Assembly: GCA_038230375.1 (NCBI GenBank)
Contig: JBBRNJ010000105.1
Coordinates: 1 to 25,759, forward strand
Source: Polyangiales bacterium
GTDB lineage: Bacteria > Myxococcota_A > Polyangia > Polyangiales > Polyangiaceae
Length of the DNA stretch: 25,759 bases
Direction of reading: 5' to 3'
Below, one piece after another: positions 15,910 through 24,077 of this stretch; the first letter of the stretch is position 1; every line of letters starts with the position of its first letter. A program made the position numbers and the translations under genes. A model generated the notes under the pieces. The model was not told the DNA's origin, ran no database searches, and saw nothing but the letters and a program-made list of their open reading frames with translations.

Positions 15910-17163
15910 CTAGAAAATGGTACCGCCCATGATGAAGCCCTTCCAGTCGGTCTGCCAGCCAGCCTTGTTGGTGACGGCACCACCAGCGTGGCCCATCGTT
16001 CCGTCGAGCTTCTGGATGATTCGGCTGTTGCCGGGGGTGGCCTTGTCGATCTTGTTCAGGACGGCCGCGCACGCGCCCGGGTAATCCTTCGTGTTTCCGA
16101 GGCCCGAGAGATTGAGTGCGCCGTTGCCACTGCCGCCTGTGTTGTGGCAGTTCATGCAGACGAGAGGTGCGCTGTTGCCGCCGGCCAGCAACGACGGCGC
16201 CACCATGTTCTGGAAGTTCGTGGGATTGCTGCACATTGCAGCGACTGCCGCTTCCTTGACGATGCCCGCCTCGAGCTTGTAAGCCTCGATCCGGAGCTTG
16301 TCCGTCGGCTGCCAGGGGTCGAAACCGCTGAAGATCGCAAAGGGAACTGGCAGTGGAGTGGTGGCGCCACCGCTGACGGTGACGTCTGTGTTCGAGAACG
16401 TGTCCTGCGGGTCCTGCGAGTCAGGATCCGCAGGATTTGCCTTCTTTGCGGGCACTCGATAGAAGATCGGGTGCTGAAGGTGGACGCCCGAGCCAGCCGC
16501 TGTCGTGAGTGAAACGTTCGTGAGCTCGAGGGTCGTCCCGACCAGCTGCGCCTTGAACTTCAGGTGAACGCCGGTCACACCGGTCGCAAGCTTGCTCAAG
16601 TCCACATCATTATCGGCGCCGATGGTGACGGCGAAGGGGTCCGTCGTAGGACGCTTGATGGCCTGGAGCTCGGCAGACTCCTGGTAGAGCCACGCCTCGA
16701 CGCGTTTGCCAAGCGAGGTGCCTGCATCGCTGCCGTCGTCGTAGATGCTGCCGCCTTCGTGAACGCCTTTCGTGATGATAGCACTTGTGAAAACGTCCTT
16801 CACGACGATGCCCGTGAAGGCCTTGATCGACTTGTAGGAGTCGGGCGCAGCGAGGAACTTGGGGGCGGTCGAGAACGTGGTCGCGCTCACGTGGCAACCG
16901 CCACCGGGACCGCCACATTTCGTAACAATATCCTTCTCCAAGCCGCGATAGAGCGCCTCGGCAGGGTCAACGCCACCCGTCCCAGGCCCACCACCCTCGC
17001 CGGCAGGTGTCCCACCCTCTCCGCCACCGCCCGGATGGTTGGGATCGTACCCGTTGAAGATTCCATCGCCTCCACCGTCGCTACAGGCGACAAAGGCCCC
17101 TACCACACCGGTCAGGATGGTGGAGAAGAGCAAGATGGAGCGTACATTTCGCGAGGTTTTCAT
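15910..17163 (-). CDS. Lipoprotein with two putative heme-c domains (CX6CH and CX2CH, each with a downstream HxGG)
   Basis: Lipobox FVAC. CGGPGGGCH (16891-16917) ...SAIITKGVHEGG, a central beta-rich domain, then CMNCH (16144-16158) ...SRIIQKLDGTMGHAGG. Confidence 0.65.
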   Translation of the reverse strand: MKTSRNVRSILLFSTILTGVVGAFVACSDGGGDGIFNGYDPNHPGGGGEGGTPAGEGGGPGTGGVDPAEALYRGLEKDIVTKCGGPGGGCHVSATTFSTAPKFLAAPDSYKSIKAFTGIVVKDVFTSAIITKGVHEGGSIYDDGSDAGTSLGKRVEAWLYQESAELQAIKRPTTDPFAVTIGADNDVDLSKLATGVTGVHLKFKAQLVGTTLELTNVSLTTAAGSGVHLQHPIFYRVPAKKANPADPDSQDPQDTFSNTDVTVSGGATTPLPVPFAIFSGFDPWQPTDKLRIEAYKLEAGIVKEAAVAAMCSNPTNFQNMVAPSLLAGGNSAPLVCMNCHNTGGSGNGALNLSGLGNTKDYPGACAAVLNKIDKATPGNSRIIQKLDGTMGHAGGAVTNKAGWQTDWKGFIMGGTIF

Positions 17164-17193
17164 CAGGCAAATTCTCCCAAGGGGTGAAAGGCA

Positions 17194-17209
17194 TGCACAG
17201 GATGCGCCC
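17194..17209 (-). promoter_or_regulatory. Candidate sigma54 promoter for the cytochrome/DUF1501 operon
   Basis: Minus strand GGGCGCATCCTGTGCA = GG-N10-GC, about 30 nt before ATG 17163. SD GGGAG lies between them and an AT-rich IHF-like patch sits just upstream (17217-17240). Confidence 0.33.
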
Positions 17210-17534
17210 GGGTGTCTTTATCCGTAATCATTGGATTTTACCTGGTGATACCGGCAGGCGACACCCCTCGGTGGATCCTGTCTGATCCCTTGGATGGAAC
17301 CACTTCCGGCCCCACCCAAGGTCCCGATTTCCTCGGGCGTGGACTGGCGTCGCATTGCGGTATCGCGTGGATCCCTTCCGCCCATGCGGGTCTTCCCCCC
17401 CAACACCAGGGGGCTAGGCCCTCCGAAGGCCCACGGATCCTGAGAAGCCCGGGTCCATTGCAGGCAACTGTAACCAACCTGGTCACATACGCGGGCGTCG
17501 CGGTCAAGCTCGAGGGAGCTCTCAGCCGGGCAGG

Positions 17535-19454
17535 TCAGCGGATGGGCGCGCCGGCATCAACGCGTGCGCTGAGGATCCGGACCGCATCCGCGAAGACAGC
17601 GCTCTCGGGGTGCTCACGCATGAGCTGGGAGTAGAGGGCGAGCGCAAGCGGCGCGTCACCGGAGGCCAGGGCATCAACTGCTCGCCGCTCGCTGGTGACG
17701 AACCCACCCTGCGTCGTGTGCGCGGAGGCGGAGCCAGCGACGGGTGGGGCTGGGTTTCCTGGCGCCACGATCTGGTTTCCCGGCACATTGCCAGGCTGGC
17801 CAGGCTGGCCAGGCTGGCCGGGCTGGGGTTGGAGCTGGCCCGGCTGGTTTGGATACGCAGGGTAGCCTGGTTGTCCCGGCTGGCCGGCCTGAGGCTGGCC
17901 GGGCTGCCCAGGATAGGGCTGAGGCTGGATGGGGTAGGGCTGGCCGGGCTGGCCCGCTTGCGGATATGGCTGTCCCGGTTGGCCGGGGTAGGGCTGGCCG
18001 GGCTGCGGATATCCAGGCTGGGTGGGCTGACCCGGCTGGGGGTACATGCCGGGCTGGCCGGGCTGCGGATATCCAGGCTGGCCCGCACCAAGCTGACCAG
18101 GGATCGGCTGGGGGTTCGGCTGCCAAGGAGGCTGTTGGCCGGCCTGGCCGGCCTGTCCTGGTTGGGCAGGGTTCCAGGGAGCTGGGATGATGTAATTGCT
18201 GCTGGTGGGGAGCGGCCCCGGCCCAGCCATCACGGAGCTCGAGCCCATGGGCTGAGGTCTCGCGGCGTCGTCACCGCTGTCATCCGAGAACAGCACATAC
18301 ATCGCCGCGATGATGGCGAATGGTGCGAGCGCGAGCCCGATCTTCCGCGGTGGAGAGGCCATCTGGAACTGCTGGATGAGCTCCTCGACCTTGTTTGCGG
18401 GAGGTATGGCTCCGACCATCACGGTCTGCACGCCGTTGTTCACGGGCATCATCATCGGCCCGGCACCGGTCGGCACCGGGGGACCCATACCCATGGCTCC
18501 CATCTGGCCCTGGGAATTCTGCGGATACCCCGACATCGGATAGCCACCAGAGCCCGCCATGGGCTGCATCGGTTGCTGCGGGTAGCCTCCGCTGCCCATC
18601 ATCTGCGGCTGCTGCTGCATCATCGCAGGGCCCGAGGGTCCTGCCTGCGGCACCTGCGAGTACCCAGCTGGTGCCTGCTGCACCTGCTGCGGGGGACGGC
18701 TCATCACAGCTGGGTTCGACCCCGAGGCCATGTTGGGATAGGCGGCGGGGCGACGGATGGGCCCTGATTCAACGCGTGTCTCGTCGCCAGGCAGCGGCTC
18801 GCCCTCGTCCGCTCCAGCGAGCGGCGGCGGCGGACCAGCGCTGCGTCCCGGCCCTGGGGCGCCCCCAGCGGGTCGCGGACCCGTGCTGGCGTTGACCGGG
18901 TTGAAGCGTGTGGACTCGCTGTCCGGTGGCTTGGCGGCGAACTGTCCGGGCTCGAACGGGCGATCCGCCGCGGGTGGGGGCGCTGGCTTCTTGGTGTTCC
19001 TCGGCGGAACGGGTGGTGGCGGCGGCGCGCCGGTGGCGCTCGCGTTCTGGCGACGTGCTGCGACCTCGCGCACGAATGCTTCGCGCTCTTCGTTGGAGAC
19101 CGCTCTCGCAACCGTGGCGGCGCCGTCGTCCTCTTCGATGAGCGAGCGGTAATGCAGCCGCGCGGAGCCGATGTCGATGCGGCAAGGCGAGCGCAGCTCC
19201 GTCCACTGTGAGCCCACCGATTGCCCTTCGGCGAGCGCAGGCTGACTGCCGTCGGCGCTCTGCAAAAATAGGGCTTTCCCATCGAAGTAGACGAACGCAT
19301 GCACGTCCAGGATCTTCGCGCCCTCGATGCGCCACATCCCGCGTCGGCCCACGCTGATGGGCGCGAGCTCGGAGCCGAGCGAGAGCGGAATGAACGTCGG
19401 CTCGCCGACTCCCTTCTCGATCTCGATGACGTGCGTGGTCGCGTTGCCTGCCAT
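17535..19454 (-). CDS. Bitopic membrane protein: degenerate FHA-like N-terminus, Pro/Gln/Met-rich region, TM, PGQ repeats, C-terminal TPR-like helices
   Basis: ISVGR...VHAFV...[12 protein letters not shown] (FHA-like pattern), [20 protein letters not shown], (PGQ/PGYPQ)n, and [12 protein letters not shown]...[11 protein letters not shown]. Confidence 0.7.
   Translation of the reverse strand: MAGNATTHVIEIEKGVGEPTFIPLSLGSELAPISVGRRGMWRIEGAKILDVHAFVYFDGKALFLQSADGSQPALAEGQSVGSQWTELRSPCRIDIGSARLHYRSLIEEDDGAATVARAVSNEEREAFVREVAARRQNASATGAPPPPPVPPRNTKKPAPPPAADRPFEPGQFAAKPPDSESTRFNPVNASTGPRPAGGAPGPGRSAGPPPPLAGADEGEPLPGDETRVESGPIRRPAAYPNMASGSNPAVMSRPPQQVQQAPAGYSQVPQAGPSGPAMMQQQPQMMGSGGYPQQPMQPMAGSGGYPMSGYPQNSQGQMGAMGMGPPVPTGAGPMMMPVNNGVQTVMVGAIPPANKVEELIQQFQMASPPRKIGLALAPFAIIAAMYVLFSDDSGDDAARPQPMGSSSVMAGPGPLPTSSNYIIPAPWNPAQPGQAGQAGQQPPWQPNPQPIPGQLGAGQPGYPQPGQPGMYPQPGQPTQPGYPQPGQPYPGQPGQPYPQAGQPGQPYPIQPQPYPGQPGQPQAGQPGQPGYPAYPNQPGQLQPQPGQPGQPGQPGNVPGNQIVAPGNPAPPVAGSASAHTTQGGFVTSERRAVDALASGDAPLALALYSQLMREHPESAVFADAVRILSARVDAGAPIR
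17780..18172 (-). repeat. Coding PGQ / QPGYPQ repeat tract
   Basis: (CCAGGCTGG)x3 at 17791-17817. An identical 31-bp unit occurs at 17991-18021 and 18051-18081. Translates to many PGQ triplets. Confidence 0.85.
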
Positions 19455-19471
19455 GACTCGTTAGCCGCTAG

Positions 19472-20608
19472 TTAGTACTCCGGGCGCCGCTGCCCTTGGT
19501 TCTGCTTCGCGGCCTTGTATATCGATTTTGGCAGATCTACGCCGTGCTCGTGAAGTTGCGGGACACAACGAGGCAAAATACCTGTCGGGGCAATGTGGCT
19601 GAGCACCTCCCCCTTCTTGCCGAACCCTGTGTATTCACGGACTAAAATGTCCTGCATTTGGTAGGACTGCGTGGGAAGGTCGTAGCCGAGCACCTCCGAG
19701 ATGTGGGTGATCTTCCGGCTACCGTCTTGCAAACGCGAGACCTGGCAGATGATGTTGACGGCCGACGCGAGCTGAATGCGGAGGGCCTCGAGCGGCATCT
19801 CCAGGTCGCTCATCATGGCCATGGTCTCGAAGCGCGAGATCGTGTCGCGTGGATAGGTCGCGTGAAGGGTGCTCATACAGCCGCCGTGACCGGAGGTCAT
19901 CGCCTGGATCAGGTCAAGGGCCTCGCCGCCGCGGATTTCTCCGACGACGATGCGGTCAGGTCTCAGACGAAGCGTGGCCCTGAAAAGATCTCGAATGCTG
20001 ACGCCGCCGCGACCTTTCGGATCCGGCGGACGCGCCTCGAGCCCGCAGAGGTGTGCGCGCTGGAGCTGGAGCTCGCGTGAGTCCTCGATCACGACAACGC
20101 GCTCGCCTTCGGGAATGAAGGACGAGAGCGCGTTCAGCATGGAGGTCTTGCCGCTGCCCGTGCCGCCGGCGATGAGGATGTTGAGCTTCGAGACCACCAG
20201 CGCGTGCAGCGCCATCGCCGTGTCCTCGTCCATCGCGCCGAAGCCAATGAGGCGCTCGACCGTCAGCGTCTCCTTGAAAAACCGGCGGATCGACACGCAC
20301 GGGCCCTCGGGCGCCGCCGGCGGAAGGACCGCCTCGATGCGGGAGCCGTCGGGCAAACGCCCCTCGAGGATGGGTCGCTCTTCGTCGATGTGCTTGCCGA
20401 CGAACTGCGCCGCGTTGCGCAGCGCCGCGATCAGCGCCTCCTTCGATTCGAACTTCGCGTCCGAGAGGTGCAGGATGCCCTTCTTCTCGACGTAGATCTG
20501 GTTCGGCCCGTTGATCATGATGTCGCTGACCGCGGGGTCATCGAGGTGCTTCTTGATCGGCGCGAAGAACTGCAGCAGCGTCTCTTCGAAGATTTCCTTG
20601 GGGATCAA
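19472..20608 (-). CDS. cpaF: CpaF/TadA family pilus ATPase (short copy)
   Basis: DPAVSDIMINGP, RLPDGSRI, SIRRF, Walker A GGTGSGKTS, Asp box IEDSREL, Walker B RPDRIVVGEIRG, His box GHGGCMSTLHA. TTG start. Confidence 0.9.
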   Translation of the reverse strand: MIPKEIFEETLLQFFAPIKKHLDDPAVSDIMINGPNQIYVEKKGILHLSDAKFESKEALIAALRNAAQFVGKHIDEERPILEGRLPDGSRIEAVLPPAAPEGPCVSIRRFFKETLTVERLIGFGAMDEDTAMALHALVVSKLNILIAGGTGSGKTSMLNALSSFIPEGERVVVIEDSRELQLQRAHLCGLEARPPDPKGRGGVSIRDLFRATLRLRPDRIVVGEIRGGEALDLIQAMTSGHGGCMSTLHATYPRDTISRFETMAMMSDLEMPLEALRIQLASAVNIICQVSRLQDGSRKITHISEVLGYDLPTQSYQMQDILVREYTGFGKKGEVLSHIAPTGILPRCVPQLHEHGVDLPKSIYKAAKQNQGQRRPEY

Positions 20609-20617
20609 AGTCCCGTC

Positions 20618-20626
20618 AGTATATCA
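20618..20626 (-). promoter_or_regulatory. Candidate internal extended -10 promoter (TGaTATACT) before the short CpaF
   Basis: Minus strand TGA (stop of the upstream gene) followed by TATACT, 9 nt before TTG 20608. Confidence 0.4.
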
Positions 20627-21364
20627 GGGCGCGCCCGCATCTCCGCGTCCTAGCTCGTGGAGGATGCCTGTGGCGCCAGGCTCCCTGGGCGACTGGTCGG
20701 TCACTGCGGTCGGCTTTGGGTCCACCGCCGCCCCGGGAACGTCGTGAAGCAGGCCGCTGTTCGCTTCCCTGGCGTGTTTTCCCTTGGGGGAGAGGCGCAG
20801 GTACTCGCGGAACTCCTTGTCGGCGCGAACGGCATCGTTGTCGCCATCGCGGAACGCGACACCGAGCGCAAAGTGGGCCTCCGCGTTCTCGGGCTCCTTC
20901 TTCATCACGACGTCCAGGTTTGCCTTGGCCGCGGGGTACTCCTCGACGGCGATGTAGAGCGTCGCGACGATGAAGCGCGTGCTCGTGTCCTCCGGGTGCG
21001 AACGCAGGTAGTTCGCGCCGTACTGGATGGCGACCCGGTATTTCTGGCCGCGAATGCACACGACCAGGAGCTGCGGGACGATCTTCCGCGGGTCGCCGCC
21101 AGCGTCGAGCGCAGATGCAAAGTACTCCTCGGCGCGCGTCCAGTCGCCGACCGCGGCAAAGCCCTGCCCTCGCGCGAAGAGCTTGTCCCAGGTCTGCTCC
21201 TGCTTGAACGTCGCGAGGTTCTCCTGCATCTCGTCGCCCTTGGTCTTCTGGCATGCGAGGGATGTGAGGGATGCCACCAGGACCGACGCGCCGAGCATCA
21301 CCATCGCGAGCGCGCTCCCTCCACCCGTGCGAAGGGACGGCTGCAGCTTCCGCGACAGCTTCAC
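20624..21364 (-). CDS. TPR-repeat lipoprotein (TadD/pilotin-like position)
   Basis: GTG start overlaps the upstream TGA (GTGA). Lipobox SLAC. TPR patterns AEEYFASALDA, HPEDTSTRFIVA, EPENAEAHFALG, YLRLSPKG. Confidence 0.75.
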   Translation of the reverse strand: MKLSRKLQPSLRTGGGSALAMVMLGASVLVASLTSLACQKTKGDEMQENLATFKQEQTWDKLFARGQGFAAVGDWTRAEEYFASALDAGGDPRKIVPQLLVVCIRGQKYRVAIQYGANYLRSHPEDTSTRFIVATLYIAVEEYPAAKANLDVVMKKEPENAEAHFALGVAFRDGDNDAVRADKEFREYLRLSPKGKHAREANSGLLHDVPGAAVDPKPTAVTDQSPREPGATGILHELGRGDAGAP

Positions 21365-22236
21365 TTGGGAGGCGGTCCCTTGCCGATCTCGCTCTTCAAC
21401 TTCCGTTCGAGGTTGTTGAGCCACGAGACGTACTCGCCTTGCTTGCCCTCCGTGAACTGGCGGAGGATGTGCACCCCGTGCAGCGCGCCGGTGTAGTCCT
21501 CCACGTTGAGGGCATGCTCGAGGCGAACGCGCTGCGTCCTGTAGTCGTCGTTGATGTCGATCCTGAGGCGCTGCGCTGTTTCATCCGCCGCGGCGGCCGT
21601 CTGCGGATCTCCACCGGCGCGGAAGCACGCGGCGGCCTGCTCGTAGAGCGGTACGCACTGCACGCCGTCTTGCACGTGGAACGGGCGTCGCTCGCGCTTT
21701 GCGTCGGCGATGAAGAGCCGGTCGCGCGCGAAGGCGAGGGCCTGCCCTCCCTGCTGCGGACACTGCGCCACGGGAGGTCCCCAGAGCTCCGGCGCCTCCT
21801 TCGGGCGCCCGACGTCGCTTTCCGAGCCGTCGTCCAGGAGCAAATAGTATCCGCCGCCTGCGACCAGCGCGATGAGCGCGAGGAGGGTGATGGGGGACGA
21901 GCCCTTCTGCTTCGTCTGGACGACCTGGCCTGCGCCAGCCGCGTCTGCGGCCATGACGTAGATCTGCACCTGACCGACACCGAGCACCGCTTCCGGCGGA
22001 AGTGGCGCCTGCGTGAAGGCGATGTTGTTGATCGTGGGCGGCGGCTCGAAGTTGAGCGCACGCGCGAACACGCCGGCGGGACCGAGCTCGATGAGGCAGT
22101 GCTCGACGCGCGCCTGATCGATGGGGAGGCGGATCTCGCAGTGGGCGCCGCTGCCGATGAGCACACGCTCGCTCTCGACGTTGAGCTGATCTACTTGTCC
22201 CGAAGGCAGTCTGATTTGGAACCTGAGAACGCGCAT
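21361..22236 (-). CDS. FHA-like domain bitopic membrane protein
   Basis: VLIGSGAHCEIRL...EHCLI...LGVGQVQI (FHA-like), TM ITLLALIALVAGGGYYLLL, helical Cys-containing C-terminal domain. SD AAGGAGG. Confidence 0.7.
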   Translation of the reverse strand: MRVLRFQIRLPSGQVDQLNVESERVLIGSGAHCEIRLPIDQARVEHCLIELGPAGVFARALNFEPPPTINNIAFTQAPLPPEAVLGVGQVQIYVMAADAAGAGQVVQTKQKGSSPITLLALIALVAGGGYYLLLDDGSESDVGRPKEAPELWGPPVAQCPQQGGQALAFARDRLFIADAKRERRPFHVQDGVQCVPLYEQAAACFRAGGDPQTAAAADETAQRLRIDINDDYRTQRVRLEHALNVEDYTGALHGVHILRQFTEGKQGEYVSWLNNLERKLKSEIGKGPPPK

Positions 22237-22245
22237 CTGTCCTCC

Positions 22246-23181
22246 TTACAGACCGCCCGTGATCTGCATGATGGCGGGGCCAAGGATCAGCCCCATTATG
22301 CAGAAAAACACGAGCATCAGTGGACCTACCATCTTCACGCCGGCCTTCGCCGCCAGCTCTTCTGCGCGCACGCTCCGGCGCTGCCTCGAGATCGTCGCCT
22401 GGATGGTGAGCACCTCCGCCACGGGATTGCCGCGCTCCTCCGCCTGGATGAGGGAGTTCGCGAACTCGATCGCGGCGTCGACGGGGCACCGGCGCGAGAA
22501 CTCGAGCAGGGCCTCCTTGCGCGTGCGTCCCAGGTTCAGCGTCTGCAAGATGAGCGTGAACTCTTCGACCAGTGCGTCGTCGGGGTTCGACGACTGCTCG
22601 ACCACCTTGCGGATCGCGCCGGGGAAGTCCAGGCCGGCACCCATGCAGAGCGCCATGACGTCGATGAAGTACGGCAGACCGCGGCTCACCTGCTTCAGCC
22701 GCTCTTGCGCGACGCCGCTGACCTGCATGTACGGGAGTGCGCCGCCGATGAGCGCGCCCACGATCACCATGATGGCGCCAAGGTCGAACATGTAGCCGAG
22801 CGCAACGCCGGCGAAGAGACCACCGATGGACGACAGGATGGTGAGGGCGATGAACTCGTCCGCGGTGAGACCCATGTAGTCTCCCGCAAGTCCGATCTGC
22901 TCGTCGATGGAGGCGCGCTGTTCGTCGGTCGGGATACCGGACACGCGCACGCCGAGCCACCGAACGAGCGGCTCCACGGTGCGCCAGAACTCGTTCGACG
23001 CGAGCGCCTGCTGGCGCTTGAGGCCACGCAAGCCAAGACGGCTCGCGACGCGCGTCTTCGAGGCTGCGATCGACCAGAAGAAGATCCCCACCGCCGCGCC
23101 GAACAGCACGGGCACGATGATGCGGAGCGCGACGACCATCACGCTCATGCCCTGGAACTGGAAACCAAAAATCGGCTTCAC
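22246..23181 (-). CDS. tadC: TadC-like (T2SSF family) inner-membrane platform protein
   Basis: LPYFIDVMALCMGAGLDF, GRTRKEAL, LIQAEERGNPVAEVL, RAEELAAKAGVKMVGPL. The start may be slightly downstream. Confidence 0.88.
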   Translation of the reverse strand: MKPIFGFQFQGMSVMVVALRIIVPVLFGAAVGIFFWSIAASKTRVASRLGLRGLKRQQALASNEFWRTVEPLVRWLGVRVSGIPTDEQRASIDEQIGLAGDYMGLTADEFIALTILSSIGGLFAGVALGYMFDLGAIMVIVGALIGGALPYMQVSGVAQERLKQVSRGLPYFIDVMALCMGAGLDFPGAIRKVVEQSSNPDDALVEEFTLILQTLNLGRTRKEALLEFSRRCPVDAAIEFANSLIQAEERGNPVAEVLTIQATISRQRRSVRAEELAAKAGVKMVGPLMLVFFCIMGLILGPAIMQITGGL

Positions 23182-23197
23182 GAGATCGCCTGCGTGT

Positions 23198-24076
23198 TCA
23201 AATATCCACCGCCAGGACCTTGCGGGCCACGACGAGCGCGGAGACCCAGCAGGAAGCGCACGCGAACGTGATGATGTACCCCACGAGCGTGGTCTGGAGC
23301 GGCGTGAAATACCCCGGCCACAGCTGGTTCAGGCCAATGAGCAGCGCCAACGGAAGCGCGGCGATGACCCAGAGCTGCATCTTGCCCTCGGCGGTCTTCG
23401 TGCGGATGACGCCCTCGAGCCGACGCATCTCGCGCAGCGTGAGTGCAGTGGTCTCCAGCACGCGGGGCAGATTTCCGCCGACCTGCCGTCCGATGAGGAT
23501 GGCGGAGAGCGCGGAGTCCAGCGGGCGGCTTCCCACGCGCGCGGCCATGTGAAGGAGCGACTGGTCGAGCGTGCTGCCGACCTTCATCTCCTTGATCGCG
23601 AGGTCCACTTCCTGACGGATGGGGTCCTGGATGACGGTGACGACGGTGTTGAACGCGGCGCCGATGCTGGGCGTGGACTTCAGTGCGTTCGCGAGCGCCA
23701 GCACGAAGTTGTCGAGCTGCTCTTCGATGAGGAGCACGCGCTCCTTGCGATGCCGTTCGATCCACACGGCCGGCGCGGCGAGGATCGCCACGACCCCGAG
23801 CCACCAGTACGGCACCTCGATCGACATGACCAGGAGCAGGAGCACGGCAAGCGCGCCGACCTGACCATATGCAATGTGACGACCCGGCAGGAAGATGAAC
23901 ATCGGGCGGAGCTTTCGCTCGAGCCAGCCGGTGTAGCGAGCCCACATGCGGTAGGGAAAGCTCGACTGGTCCGAGAGCGAGACCCACGTCCCCACGAACG
24001 CGCCCAGCACGACGAGGACGGAGCCGGCGTATTTGTAGATCTCGGTGAGCGGAGCGACATCGGATGCGTGTGTCAT
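23198..24076 (-). CDS. tadB: TadB-like (T2SSF family) inner-membrane platform protein
   Basis: EQLDNFVLALANALKS, PIRQE, GSTLDQSL, QVGGNLPRVL, IRTKTAEGKMQ. Lies between cpaF and tadC. Confidence 0.88.
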   Translation of the reverse strand: MTHASDVAPLTEIYKYAGSVLVVLGAFVGTWVSLSDQSSFPYRMWARYTGWLERKLRPMFIFLPGRHIAYGQVGALAVLLLLVMSIEVPYWWLGVVAILAAPAVWIERHRKERVLLIEEQLDNFVLALANALKSTPSIGAAFNTVVTVIQDPIRQEVDLAIKEMKVGSTLDQSLLHMAARVGSRPLDSALSAILIGRQVGGNLPRVLETTALTLREMRRLEGVIRTKTAEGKMQLWVIAALPLALLIGLNQLWPGYFTPLQTTLVGYIITFACASCWVSALVVARKVLAVDI

Positions 24077-24077
24077 G

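Noticed and set aside
7445..17163. Classical MtrCAB/OmcS-type multiheme conduit
   Set aside because: No protein has more than two heme motifs, so it does not match known multiheme systems.
17345..17358. Plus-strand sigma54-like TGGCGTCGCATTGC
   Set aside because: GG-to-GC spacing is 9 rather than the required 10, and no plus-strand gene follows.
17212..17634. Small ORFs, riboswitch or ncRNA in the 371-bp gap
   Set aside because: The ORFs lack motifs and consistent codon bias, and I recognised no RNA family by eye. An Rfam search would be needed to exclude one.
21271..23271. 666-aa plus-strand ORF, with similar ORFs at 12305-13483 and 22907-24115
   Set aside because: Antisense shadows of well-supported minus-strand genes, with no domain motifs.
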